From positions 34,286,001 to 34,350,000 of the forward strand of contig NC_135659.1 in NCBI RefSeq assembly GCF_964188315.1: a stretch of DNA of 64,000 bases, given 5' to 3'. A model generated the notes under the pieces. That model was not told the origin of the DNA. It made no database searches and saw nothing but the letters and a program-made list of their open reading frames with translations. A program made the translations under genes and the position numbers. The DNA is from Podarcis muralis. Lineage: Eukaryota. Shown in pieces: positions 11,966 through 24,424 of this stretch (positions are counted from its first letter, which is position 1; each line of letters opens with the position of its first letter).

Positions 11966-12916
11966 GATAGGAAGCAACAATCCAATCCAATGCACATCTA
12001 CTCAGAAGGAAGCCCCTCTGAGCACTACTTCTGAGCAGACATGCACAGGGCTGCTCTCAAGATTGATTCAGCTAAGGCTTTTAAGATACCCACATGAAGG
12101 CCGTGCTTTAAACACTGTGTGACAGTACAATGGATAAATACATTCAGCGCAGTACACAGCAGGTTCACATCAGAGCCAAAAAAAAAAAAGCTGAGAGTAA
12201 GAGGATAGCTCTTTACGGATGTACGCATTATGCATTTCTGTAGCACTTTCTTATACGCGAAAAGATATGGAAATCCCTTCCTTATACAATCCTCGCCAAC
12301 AACCCTGTGAGGGGAATTCGACTGAGAGGCTCTGGGTCCCCCCCCCCACCACCTCAAAAAAGCCACTTAATGTGCTTTGTAGCTCAGCCTAGATTGGAAT
12401 CTTATCCTACATTAAAACCCACACACCATTTATTGTGCTGCATACATTCTTTTCATGAGATATATCAGAAACTGGGGGGGAAAGAAATTTTCTCCAAAGA
12501 GTGGCAGCATCCGAACAGGAACTGTGTAACTGCGTATTTCTAGAACTGGGAGAAAAGAGGCCAAACCAAATTCAGAATGCAGTGGTGCAGCATTTGATGT
12601 CTGGGTACGTGATGGTGGTGTGGTTTAGGAGAAGTAACCATCATCATAATTTAGAAACCAAATGTTCACATGTTTTTGCTCAAAGGTCTGTCGTTATCGG
12701 TTCAACTCTTGAATGAAAACTGCAGGAACAGAGGCAGCTGAAGGGGATCCAGGCCAGATCATCCAACCACCTTCTGATGACGTCACTCTACATAATATTG
12801 CCAGTTTGCATATGCAATACAATAGACGGCTTTTTTGTTCTTGCATAGAATCTAGATGTTCTCTAACATCTTGCAGCCTGTCTCTCTGACCAACCCCTCT
12901 TGATGTCATTCATCTA

Positions 12917-13064
12917 TAGCTCAGTTGGTTAGAGGGTGGTGCGGATGATGCCAAGGTTGCAGGTTTGATCCCCATATGGGAGGGCTGCATATTCCTGCAT
13001 TGCAGGGGGTTGGACTAGATGATCCTCAGGGTCCCTTCCAACTCTACAGTCATTTGATTCTATG
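12917..13064 (+). mobile_element. tRNA-Ile-headed SINE with CR1-derived 3' tail
   Basis: Head tagctcagttggttagagggtggtgcggatgatgccaaggttgcaggtttgatccccatatggg resembles tRNA-Ile. Tail attcctgcattgcagggggttggactagatgatcctcagggtcccttccaactctac...gattctatg. Confidence 0.85.
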
Positions 13065-13176
13065 TCATTTGTTGATCTGTTGCAGCATCAGTCTGGTGTC
13101 ATGGTCCTCTCTGATTTTATTAGTTAAGTGCTCTGATGAAAATGCTTAGTATTTGTGCAGTGCTTTGAGGGTTCAA

Positions 13177-13498
13177 GGACGCAGGTGGCGCTGTGAGTTA
13201 AACCACAGAGCCAAGTCTTGCCGATCAGAAGGTCGGCAGTTTGAATCCCCGCAACAGGGAGAGCTCTCGTCGCTCTGTTCCTGCTCCTGCCAACCTAGCA
13301 GTTCGAAAGCATGTCAAAGTGCAAGTAGATAACGGTGTTTCCGTGCACTGCTCTGGTTCACCAGAAGTGGCTTAGTCATGCTGGCCACATGACCTGGAAG
13401 CTGTACGCCGGCTCCCTCAGCCAATAAAGCGAGATGAGCGCCACAACCCCAGAGTCGGTCATGACTGGACCTAATGGTCAGGGGGTCCCTTTCCCTTT
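13177..13498 (+). mobile_element. Sauria SINE (Squam1), older subfamily
   Basis: Head ggacgcaggtggcgctgtg, B-box ggcagtttgaatccc, 3' end ggggtccctttcccttt. 14-bp TSD with one mismatch (ctttgagggttcaa 13163-13176; ctttgagtgttcaa 13495-13508). Confidence 0.88.
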
Positions 13499-13544
13499 GA
13501 GTGTTCAAAGCAACCCACACGACTTATCTAGTTGAAATCTTTTC

Positions 13545-13695
13545 AATAACCCAGTAAGGTAGCTATTATTATCCCACATATTGCAGTTAGGCAGACGGAG
13601 GCTGAGGAAGGGTAGCTTGCTTAAGGCTACCTAGTGAATTCATGGCAGAAGTATGAGTCTCGATTCATAATTGGTTTCAGCCACTATGCTGCCTC
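13545..13695 (-). mobile_element. Old MIR/CORE-type SINE fragment
   Basis: MIR-like core on the minus strand (aataacccagtaaggtagctattattatcccacatattgcag...gaggctgag...aaggctacctagtgaattcatggcaga). Confidence 0.6.
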
Positions 13696-13755
13696 GGTTT
13701 CATGAAGGCTTTTTGACAAAATTGCTGGGAATCAAGGATATACTTGTGTCTTTAT

Positions 13756-13891
13756 CAGGCTTCCTCAAACTCAGCCCTCCAGATGTTTGTGGCCTACAAC
13801 TCCCATGATCTCTAGCCAACAGGACCAGTGGTCAGGGATGATGGGAATTGTAGTCTTAAAACATCAGGAGGGCCAAGTTTGAGGAAGCCTG
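13756..13891. mobile_element. hAT-type palindromic MITE (136 bp)
   Basis: TIRs caggcttcctcaaact and agtttgaggaagcctg. 8-bp TSD gtctttat / gtctttgt. Confidence 0.9.
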
Positions 13892-14412
13892 GTCTTTGTG
13901 AAGCAGACTTCCAAGATCAAGGAGGAAATCTGCTAAATTCAGTTATTGTTGAACTCAGATTTCCATCAGCCTGAGCCTGCTGCTGCATTAAAAATGATCA
14001 GGGATGATGGGAGCTGTCGCCCAACAACATCTGGAAGCAACCTCTTTGGCTACCCTTGAGCACATCTAATTGGTGAAACTCAATCAGCAGTTTCGGAATC
14101 TCTCAAAGAAAACAAGTCAAGTGCCTTTGCTACTGGCAAAAAATAAAAAATACAAACTAATATTTTTTAAGAGCAGAAAGTATATTTTTGAATTCCATAT
14201 CCATGAAGGACAGAATTACAGTGTGAATCAGGGGTTAGATAGTTCTGTCATCCAAATTTCTCCTATACTTTCCCAATAGTTTGGGAGAGGTTGTATAAAA
14301 CAATATTGTTCCTACATTCCAAGGTTAATTCAAGATAAAACAGATGATAGATAAAGAGTTAACTATAGTTTTGTCCATTTTTAGCAACCAGCCACCTTCA
14401 GTTTAAATATCA

Positions 14413-14560
14413 TTATTATTTATTAAATTTCTATACTGCCCTTCATCCAAGGATCACGGGTGGTTTAAAATATAAAAACACAAAAAAATACTCAACATAG
14501 TTTTTGCCTGGTGCAATACATTCCAAATGTTCTGTGCCAAGCCTTAATAGAAAATAAAAA
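14413..14560 (-). mobile_element. L2-type 3' tail fragment
   Basis: tatttattaaatttctatactgcccttcatccaaggatcacgggtggtttaaaa pattern, similar to the other L2 3' ends. Confidence 0.55.
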
Positions 14561-15785
14561 TCATAGAAGCTGAAATAGATAAAATGGAAAAAGGGCACAC
14601 CAGTAAAAACAGTAAGTAGATCTAGTTTGCTTATGAAAAGCTGGAAACGAATTTGGAAACACACCAATTAGTTCACTGGTCTACTCAGGCGCAGAATACA
14701 GCAACGTAGGTGTTTTGGATGCAGTGAACATGGGTGTAAAAGATGGTGCGGGAAGGGTAGGTACAGTTCTACTCTTTAACCTACATTGCAGTCTGTGTTC
14801 TATATCTGGGTAGTTCAAATATAGAAAATAGTAAGGTTCAGGTCTGGTCAATTCCCTAGCAAGAGGCAGCTCCTTCCCTGCCTTCCCGCCTTTTCTGTGT
14901 CACATTTTGGAAAAAGACGAATTATGTGGAATGATGCAGTGTGTACAGCAGCAGAAGCAATCCCTCTATAAAATCTTTGCCATGTCATCACCATCATTAA
15001 CATATGCAAAAAAGAACTGCTTATAAACAAAAGGTCTTCCAGCGAGCACCGTGATCCTTATATTTTAGTCTCCTTTTCCACACACACCCTTTACCGATAA
15101 AGGCAAAAATAAGCATTTCTAGAAGCAAAGTGTAATTCAATCCATCTTGCAACCCTGACAATAATAAAAATAAAAAAAGAACTGGTGGGAGGCCCTGTGA
15201 GCAAAAAAATCAATATTGCAGCTTTGTGCCGTGCAAATGTGAATACTGCCAAATAGCAGTGCTTAGGGTAAAATGAACTGCTCTGCTCCATTTTGTCCTC
15301 TCTGAACAAATGATTTTGAAAAGACAGCTTTTGGGGAGGGGAGGGGGAGCTATAAAATGTCAAGCAACAACTCCCTGTGCTTTAGGAAAACGCTTGGAAT
15401 AAATACTTCCCGGCAACAGGTGCAGTGAAAGAGGACTGAAATATATTCACATGCAGGAGATAACTCCTGGTAAACAGATGTGTTGCTTCACAACAGAAAT
15501 TAAGAAGCCCAATGCCTAGCTGCCAGTCCTAGTAACTGCACAATTTCAAATCCCTTCAGATGCTCAGCCAATACTTTTGGCCACCAAACCACTTTCTAGA
15601 TGTATCACCAGCCGTTAATATTTTGAACACTCTGTTTATTATTATTGAGATCGTGTATGTCAACTGCGCTGAACACACCCAATGTCACATACATCATCTT
15701 TAGACTGCAGAGCAAAAGAAAACAGGTGTTTCTAATGTTTTTAACCAATTGTTTGGAAACTAGATACCGAAGGTACACTGATCAA

Positions 15786-15875
15786 GTTGGGTCTCCAGCT
15801 GTTTTTGGACTGCAATTCCTATCCTCCCTGATCACTGGTCCTGCTAGCTAGGGATGATGGGAGTTGTAGCCCAAC
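15786..15875. mobile_element. Truncated hAT MITE (same family as the 20556 copy)
   Basis: gttgggtctccagctgtttttggactgcaattcctatcctccctgatcactggtcctgctagctagggatgatgggagttgtag. Termini lost. Confidence 0.7.
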
Positions 15876-17442
15876 AGGTCCTGGTCCAGGACAATCAGAT
15901 ATGACTTCTAGAACAGCTGAACATTGTCAAGTAAGATCCTGTTCCATGGCAGAATATGCTGCCATTGATTATATATTTATTTTGTGTATTATATACTGTC
16001 ACTTATTTTACACACACACACACACACGTGAATTCTATTTCTATGTGTTAAAACTGAAATAAAACTTAATGAGAAAAAGAAATAGTGAGCATTCAACATA
16101 TAATGCTCTCTTGCATGCTTTTTTAAAATGTTGCATACCCTACACTTCGTTCAATAAAATAAATAAGCTTTTTCACTCCCAACCCCCCAGCTCATTCTCT
16201 GAATTGCCGAAAACCTCCATAAAAAGACACTGATGGTGGATTATTACTTTGTGCTCCAGATAAACTTTTCTGCACAGCTCGTTTTTATTTAATAAGAGCA
16301 CGTCCACCGAGGAAGGAAAAGGCGGCTAAGATAAACTGCTTTCCCACAGTAGACTTAAAATGAGCTTCATGATCAGTTAAAATTGTTCTCGGAGGTTTAG
16401 CAAAATGGCATGCTTTGTTCCATTTACCATCCCTCTTTGCTTTAGGTAACTAAATGGCTTGGTTCTCGGAAAATCAATAATCTACATTAATCAAAGTACA
16501 AAGGCGATAATAACAGCTTATGCCCTCAACCATTTAAACTGTGAATAGTAACAATAGGACCTGTAGTGAGGAGGAGAACTTTCACCTTTGGATTTCCCCC
16601 CCAGCAGAGACAAATAAAAGTGGCTGTGCTGTTTCAGGCTACCATCAATTTTGCTTACTGTTAACAGTGAGAAACCTTTGGGTAAAGCATAAATCACAAG
16701 AGTACCTCTTTTCTAGAAATCTGACATTATTCCAAAGGACATAATGCAAGTTACTGGAGATAGCATGAGCTCTATTGGAGGATAAATGCATACCTCTTCC
16801 AAGAATGAAACAGTGCCTGCTTCTTCTTTTATCTTTTTGCTCTCAGAAAAGAGCATTTGCAAATATCACATTCCCCACCCCCAAGAAAAATTAGAATGTT
16901 TACAGTTGTCTTTCTGAGAGTCTTTGGAAACCATGAAACATGATGACACAAGTTGCAATGGTACATGTTGGGCAGCGTTTCAGTTCTATTTGTGAAACAA
17001 ATGAGATGCTCGTGAAAAAGGGTTATTACATTACCAATCACAACAAAACAAACTACAGGGAAAGGAAGGCAAAATGTAGTGTTATCAGTATCTATCTTTC
17101 CACTAGACAAAATATGAAAAGTGCAGCTTTTAAATTTTCAGCTCTGATGAGTGGTCATGTGTCCTAGCTTCCAGAGGGGAATCCTCTGTCTATCTGATGG
17201 GCTGTCTGGTTCTGGTTCAAGGCTGGTTTAAAAACAGAGCCATAAGAAAGGAGAGCAGGGGTCTCTCAGTTACCCACCAATAACAATTAGCATCTGGACA
17301 CAGTCTTCCCTTTTCTGGTCATGTGCATTGTATTTTGATTTAAATTATTGTATTTTTTCATATTTACAGATACACATCTAATTAGCATGCACACGCAGTT
17401 TGTGCAAATAAATTTCCTCCCCCCCCCTTTTTGGTTCTTTTA

Positions 17443-17718
17443 GAACCATAGAATCGGAGAGTTGGAAAGGACCCTGAGGACCATCTAGTCCAGGCATCCC
17501 CAAACTCGGCCCTCCATATGTTTTGGGACTACAATTCCCATCATCCCTCACAACTGGTTCTGTTAGCTAAGGATAATGGGAGTTGTAGTCCCAAAACAAC
17601 TGGAGGGCTGAGTTTGGGGGTGCCTGATCTAGTCCAAACCCTTGCAATTGTCCCATATGGGGACTGGATATGCAACCCTGACATTATCAGCACCATGCTC
17701 TAACCAACCAAGCTATCC
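17443..17718 (-). mobile_element. tRNA-Ile-headed CR1-tailed SINE interrupted by a hAT MITE
   Basis: Tail 17443-17490 and head 17635-17718 (minus strand: ttggttagagcatggtgctgataatgtcagggttgc) flank the MITE. Confidence 0.8.
17491..17626. mobile_element. hAT-type palindromic MITE (136 bp) nested in a SINE tail
   Basis: TIRs caggcatccccaaact and agtttgggggtgcctg. Perfect 8-bp TSD atctagtc at 17483-17490 and 17627-17634. Confidence 0.92.
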
Positions 17719-18663
17719 ATAAAAGGATAGCTTGGTGAACAGTAACTGGCTGCCCTGGTTCGGATTTCAGAGTAACCATCTTGGGTGATAAAAGCCCCAA
17801 GAAGGCCCAGGAAAGATGCCTCCTGTGTTGGCTCTATACTATATACTAAATCCCACTCTTGTCACTTATTACAGTCCTATGAGGATCCCATTCATACTCC
17901 ACCAAAGGACATCAAAATTTATTTTTATCATACAGGAACTGCATGCAGAAGAGTAGAGAGGGCTGGAGGAGAAAGAACATCGCGCTCCATTACTCTTCTG
18001 TGCTCAGCACAGAAAACATGTGGGTTGCAGGAGAAGGGAACCCCCTTCATCTAAACCCATGCTGGAATACAGTGGGCTGGTGGTACAGATTTGTAACTGC
18101 TGTTGCTTTCTCTGCCAAGCCCCAGCATTACAGGGGGGGGGGGTGTCTGCAGGCTAGTAACTCTTATGGACTTATTTGCAAGGCTGGGCTACACTTATGC
18201 AGTATCAGCTTGGTTCTCCATGAAGCCAATAAAAAATGAATTAATATTTAATATTATTTAGATCCATTAACTTACATGAGATTAAATCAGAGGCTTACTG
18301 GTTCGTGGAGCAAGGTGTAACTGCTAAAAGAATGAAATAATCAGGGGCATCTGCAAAGGACTCTAAGAATGACTATGAAACAGTGATCTACCAAAAAAAA
18401 CCCAACACCATACTTGACGATATTTAGGCTTGGTTATTGCAATGTGTTATACGGGGTGCTACCTTTGAAAAGGGTTCAGAAACCCCAGCTTGTTCAAAAT
18501 ATGGCAGCCAGGCTGTAACATTGAAGGGACCAGAATGCTAGTTTCAAAGTATTTGTCCTGTTGCTAGTTTCCTCCTGCTGGTTCTCTTTTTAAAAGTTAT
18601 ATTTACTATGTATTATTGTTCCTTTTAAATTGTAACCTGCTTTGTAGATTTCTTAAGTGGAAA

Positions 18664-18716
18664 GTATGTATGTATGTATGTATGTATGTATGTATGTATG
18701 TATAAATAAATAAATA
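18664..18716. repeat. (GTAT)n followed by (TAAA)n microsatellite
   Basis: Direct read. Confidence 0.95.
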
Positions 18717-20378
18717 AGGCTCTGTAGCTCTTATCACCAGAGTTGTGTGCCTTCCACAGTGCTATAAATGCATATGTAAGAGCAGATCTAAAAACACACA
18801 ATATTTTAAATATGCTCATCCTGCCAAGTCATATGATGTCTGCCAAGTGGCTGCAATCCAGAGAACCACACATGTGCTCATTTAGGATTTCTTGCATTTT
18901 TTCTGGGATGGAACATCACCTTGCACATTCATAAATGGGCTGTCTGGATCATGGCCAATGAGGGTAACCAAGGAATCACAAGACAGGCCAAAATTCAACA
19001 CATGGCTACAGACATTTGAAGCCCTTACTGAATTCAATAATACGGAAGTATGCAGAACTGCATTCTCCGATTTAGCATTTCAGAAAGTAAGTTTGGGCGC
19101 ATTTCTCAGTGGGTCTCTGAGAGCTTCTGTTCATTTCATTCCTTTGCAAGAGCCTTCAGGAAGGAAAAGCTCCTGAGTTCAGAACAATATCAGAACAACT
19201 GAGACAAGGAAGTGCACAGTACAAACAAAGGGAGGTTTTGTATGTGTGTCATAAACAACTAAGTTGTGCACACAGAATAAAGTTTGCTCAAGCAACAGGA
19301 CCTCACCTGCCTCTGCCCTACATGCCTCCCCTAAATCTGCTCTGGAGACTTAGGGGAACCCCTAAAGGAGGTTTAGGGGGCATGCAGGAGGAGGAGGAGG
19401 AAGGAAGCTTCACTGCATAAGTAGACTGTATTCTGCACGCACTTCCCCACTTAGCACTACATTGAATGCCACCCTTTGTGTCAACAGAATTTCCTGCTGC
19501 GTTGCTTTCTCTTAACAGAAGCTTGTAGCAGAACGAAAACAAAACCCACACATTTCAGGGTTGTTGTGTGTTTTTTAAACGTTTGTCAAGTATAATTACT
19601 TAATAACTGCTTTTGTTTTTGAATTCTCATGTAGTCCCTGTTGGCTTTAAAGTCTGACCAACCACAAAGCTGACAAAGAAATGGGAAATAAGAAAAAAAA
19701 ATAACAGCAACAAAAAAGTCTCTCTCTAAGCAAGACTCAAAAAGCCACTGCTGAGTTCATAAACTAACAAAAAAGGGGGGAAGGGGTGCCTTTGTTCCCA
19801 GGCTTTACAAACCACATTGGCAGCAAAACCTTTCTGAATCATGAATGAGCATTCTTCTCCTTTCTTTCGCTTAAACTGGGGTAGATTTCGTGGGACATTG
19901 AATGTGGATGATAAATAATCTGCCCACAGAAGACCAAACAGCTCACAGCTTATATAGCATATTAAGACTTCAGTATATTCTGAAGACTGTTAGGCCCTAA
20001 AAAACAACAACGAAGTTGGGATATACTTAGTCTAAAGCCATGTTAACAGAGACATCTGCATCCCCTTTCGAGTGCTCTACACATTCCCAGAAATGGGGTA
20101 AAATCTAAAATGGTAGCTTCATGTTGCCTAGCACACCACTTAACTCGCTGAGTAAAGGAAGGAGGGGGAGGAAGCAAGACTCGGGGCAGAAATTCCTAAA
20201 GGTACTTCAGTCACCACTTACGCTAGATACACTGTTGTTTTGTGGTTTTACATTTTTGGAAGCTGCCTAGAATTCTTTGGGCGTGATTTAGATAAACAAA
20301 CATATACACTTGAGAGGGAACTGCAGCTGACAGGTAGAATAGCAGTTTGTTGCCCTTGTGAGCCCTAGGATGAATTCA

Positions 20379-20493
20379 CATAGAATTACAGAATTGTAGA
20401 GATGGGAGGGACCACAAGGGTCATCTAGTCCAACCCCCCCCCCCGCAATGAGGGAATCTCAGCTAAAGGATCCATGACAGATGGGCATCCAAC
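20379..20493 (-). mobile_element. CR1 LINE 3' end (no tRNA head)
   Basis: Minus strand gttggatgcccatctgtcatggatcctttagctgagattccctcattgc...gggttggactagatgacccttgtggtccctcccatctctacaattctgtaattctatg. Confidence 0.8.
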
Positions 20494-20555
20494 ATGATAG
20501 TACACAACTTGATATGTCATACGGAAACCCTGGGGTCCGTGGTAGTCCTCTAGGA

Positions 20556-20691
20556 CAGTGTTTCCCAACCTTGGGCCTCCAGCTGTTTTTGGACTACAAC
20601 TCCCATCATCCCTCGCTAGCAAGACCAGTGGTCAGGGATGATGGGAATTGTAGTTGAAAAACAGCTGGAGACCCAAGGTTGGGAAACACTG
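20556..20691. mobile_element. hAT-type palindromic MITE (136 bp)
   Basis: TIRs cagtgtttcccaaccttggg and cccaaggttgggaaacactg. Perfect TSD ctctagga at 20548-20555 and 20692-20699. Confidence 0.93.
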
Positions 20692-20802
20692 CTCTAGGAG
20701 GAATGTTCTCAAAACCAGTGAAGATACTGTCCCATCAGCTTACATAAAGGCACACAAGAGATCTAAGGTGCAAAGCGACTCTGCTCCTGAGCTGGTCTGC
20801 TT

Positions 20803-21085
20803 GCATAAGAACATGAAAAGAGCTCCATCTAGTCCAGCATCTGGTTCTTACTATGGCCAACATAGATTCCTATGGGGAGCCCCATAAACAGGAGCTGAGT
20901 GAAACAACACTCTCCCCACTTGTGATAATCAAAACATGGTAGAGTGCAGCCATCCTGTCTAGGATGGACAGACTTATCCTCCGTGAATTTGCCGAATCCT
21001 CTTTTAAAATCATCCAAACTGGTAGCTATCCCTACTCCTTGCGGGATCGGATTTCACAGTACAGTACTTTCTTTCGTGTGGTCCA
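20803..21085 (-). mobile_element. CR1 LINE 3' fragment (second CR1 lineage)
   Basis: cataagaaca...ccatctagtccagcatc terminus. Track ORF 20829-21017 begins DDFKRGFGKFTEDKS, resembling the CR1 ORF2 end. Confidence 0.75.
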
Positions 21086-21131
21086 GATCGTCTAACTTTC
21101 TGCTTTATTGAACCCATTGCAGGGGTTGGGC

Positions 21132-21269
21132 TAGCAGTTCTCAACCTGTGGGTCCCCAAATGTTGTTGGACTACAACTCCCATCATCCCTGAGCTCTGGC
21201 CTTGCTAGCTAGGGGTGATGGGAGTTGTAGTTCAACAACATCTGGGGACCCACAGGTTGAAAAAGGCTG
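21132..21269. mobile_element. hAT-type MITE nested in a CR1/SINE tail
   Basis: Reverse-complement match to the 60317 copy. Flanked by gggttgggc on the left and gtcacggtcccttccaactctacgattctatgatt on the right. No intact TSD. Confidence 0.85.
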
Positions 21270-21309
21270 GTCACGGTCCCTTCCAACTCTACGATTCTAT
21301 GATTAAATA

Positions 21310-21554
21310 CAGTGGTATCTCTAGTTGCGGACATGATCCGTTCCGCAGTGCCGTTTGCACCCCGAAAAGTCCACAACTAGCGCAGTGACTCTGAGCAAGT
21401 GCAGAGCGCAATAGAATGCTTCTGTGCATGTGCTAAGCGCACAGAACGCTTCTGTGCACGCACGGCAAAACCCAGAGATATACAATTTTGGGTTTGCCGC
21501 ATTTGCAAACCAAAAAGACGCAACGTGAACCTAATGCAACACGAGGTATGACTG
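21310..21554. mobile_element. Tigger/mariner-type MITE
   Basis: Termini cagtggtatctctagttgcg and tgcaacacgaggtatgactg, TA flanks at 21308-21309 and 21555-21556. Confidence 0.8.
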
Positions 21555-24424
21555 TAGTGATAATTTCTAGTTTTCCTGAAGTCACTACTGCCACTTTATC
21601 CTAATTCAAGAATCACAATGACCATTTCCCTGTAAATATTGAAACAAACAAACAAAAATTATCCTCTAGAATGGGTTGCTAAATCCTAAAAATCTGAAGT
21701 CCGCAGCTACCACTGCAATGGCTAACTAAGCACGTGTGCACATAGATCCTAAGATTAGAAGGCAACACAGAGTTACTGAACTCAAAAGGCATTAGCCAAA
21801 GAAAAGAGATTTCTGATAACAATGTGCATCCTGACCCATTCAAATTGCCCTAAAGAATACTATTTAGTAGGCAAATTGTATTCTTACACCACTTTGTCAT
21901 TATCATAGCTCTATATTCGCCCTAAACGGATACAATTATGGTATACCTGGATCAAGCACACACATACCAACTAAAGGGTGGATTTCCTGAAATTGAAGAC
22001 TACTCTTGCCAGCGCAGTGGAACTCAACTACAGTCAGAATTCCTACAATTGATACTCACTGCTCCCCATGTTAGAAGCCTAGGTTTCAAATTCCCAAAAC
22101 ACAGCACATTCATTTGCATGTTGCCCAACTGAACTGAACTGAAAATGCAAGTACTCATAGGAGCTGAAGTGTATAAAACGTGAGATTATCCAATAAAGCT
22201 CTCTACGGTGTTCATTAAGCCAATGACAGCAGCATCACTATTGTTGGGGGGTCATTATTGCAAAACACAGCATTTACAAAGTGCTGACTCAAGTTATGTT
22301 TTCAAATGGGGTCAACTTAACTCTTTCTGTGTGCACGTTCTTTCACTTGCATTGTTCCAAGCAAGGATCTTCCCTTTCCTTTACAACAAGTTTGACTTGC
22401 ATGATCCATAATGTGACTATATGCCATTAAATCAAATGAGGTCATGTAAGGTATGGAATGTATGTATCTAAGATGTTATGATATCTACTAAAAGGCACCC
22501 TTGGTCAATTCCTATAGTTGGGGGGGGGGGGACAAACTACCTCGCTGCCTGTCACCTGCAGTTTTTCATGGCGATATAATTAATTATATGTATTGTGCTA
22601 CTGGTGCCTAAAATGCCCACCCCTTGGCAATCTGGTTAACTTCTATTCTAGGCAGCATGAAGCTGCAGCTCCCATCAAAATCAGTTATAGGATGGTGTAT
22701 AATTTTTACATCATTCTGTTTTTCCAGAAGGTTTTGTGAATGAGGAGGAGAAACTTCCTAGTTATTAGTAGGCAACAACCACAATCTAAAAGTGATATTA
22801 AGGAGCCTAGAAACACCAACCTTTCAGAAGCAGCAAGAAAACAATTTGATATATAGTCCTAGCATTAAATTTACTGTTATTACTTCAGCTACTGCACACT
22901 AAGTAGAACATACTTGAGAAAACAGAAAAGGCCTGCAGTAAGACTGAATTGGCCAAAGGCCATTTCCTAGTTCAAAACAGGGGGGGGGGGCAGTTTGCCT
23001 CCAAAACCCAACATTTTATTTGCTGATAAAATGATAAACTGCATATAGGCCGGGGGGGGGGGGGGAGGAATATTCCACTTTCTTGAATGGAATAAATCTG
23101 TATTCAAATAATTATTTGCCTCTCAGTCAGCACGCTCTGGATTTGCCATCATGGGATATTGCTCCCTGGAAAAAAAGTGTTTCCATAGATATCCAGGCTT
23201 GGCAGTTGTTAGCAAAGCATCTGAAGCTCAGTGTAGTCAGGTCCAAAGAGACTGACTGGAATCTTCAAAGTTCATCAGCACAGAAACTCCTGAGGGTTAG
23301 AAATCCTGTGACTTAAACATGATGACACAGAAAATCAGAAGTAGCGTGACAAGCATAATCTACAGTTCCTGATTCCCAGCACCACATCTTAATTAAAAGA
23401 TCACCATTCCTCTAGAGACTCACATGCTATGGTGATACACGCCCTAGAAATATTTAAAACAAAAGACGCTGCTGCTGGGATTTCACAGTTGTGTGTGTGT
23501 GGGGGGGGGGGGGGGGAGTTGCCATAGAGTAGCATGCAGATAGCCTAGTTGGGAAGAAATAAAGGGGGGGGGGGGTTGGAATCCAAAACACAAATTGTAT
23601 TGTTTTTGTTAAGTGTGAATTCACTAGTTCCCCCACCCTTCAAACATGCTTTTTATTTAACTTGAAAAAGAAGAAAAAGCAGAGAACATACTACAAAACG
23701 CTAGAGGAAGGGCAGACGTTTGCATATGCAAATAATTCCTAAGGAGTGTGCAGTTGTGAGAACATACGATCATAAACAGAACATCCATCTTTGAGAAGAA
23801 CACAAAGAAAAGTTTAAAAACCGGCATATGAAACACGAGAAATGGATGTCACAAACAACGCACTGAAAATTTGCTTCAATGTTGTTATGGTCTTAGGAAA
23901 CTGGCACTTCCTTATTATTATTAGTACTAACTGATCACTAGCAGTAACATCCTATATCGTCTGAATCACCTTCATCCTGTGGTTAATACCCATCATATTT
24001 TGTGGCTCTACCACCCAGTCTTCAGATGGTCTAGAACCTCCCGGAGGGTCAGGATTCAGTACTAATCTATAACAGGCATTGTCGTGCCAATGCTCTAACC
24101 TACCCAAGTTCTGCCAGTGTGCGGCTTATTTGCTTGGTTGTTTGTTTACCTTTTTATTTGTTTATTTAAAATGTATTTTATGCCCCTCTAGTACGCATTC
24201 AGTATTCAGTGCAGCTTACAACAATTAGGACTTTCCCTAAGCCATGACACCTTTGCCAAGCCCACACCCTCTGTCCCCAGGCCACAATCTTCATGGCCCT
24301 TGCTCTGCACCCTCCTTGGTTGCTTTGGCCTGGCTGGAGTTTGTGCTTCAATTGTAATAATGCCTTTTAGTTGCCAGGATAAGGGAGAGATAGATAGGTG
24401 GAAGAAGCAGAAGCAGAAGAGGTT

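Noticed and set aside
12568-12612. QIQNAVVQHLMSG, resembling the L2 QNAAARL motif
   Set aside because: Too short and degenerate to call.
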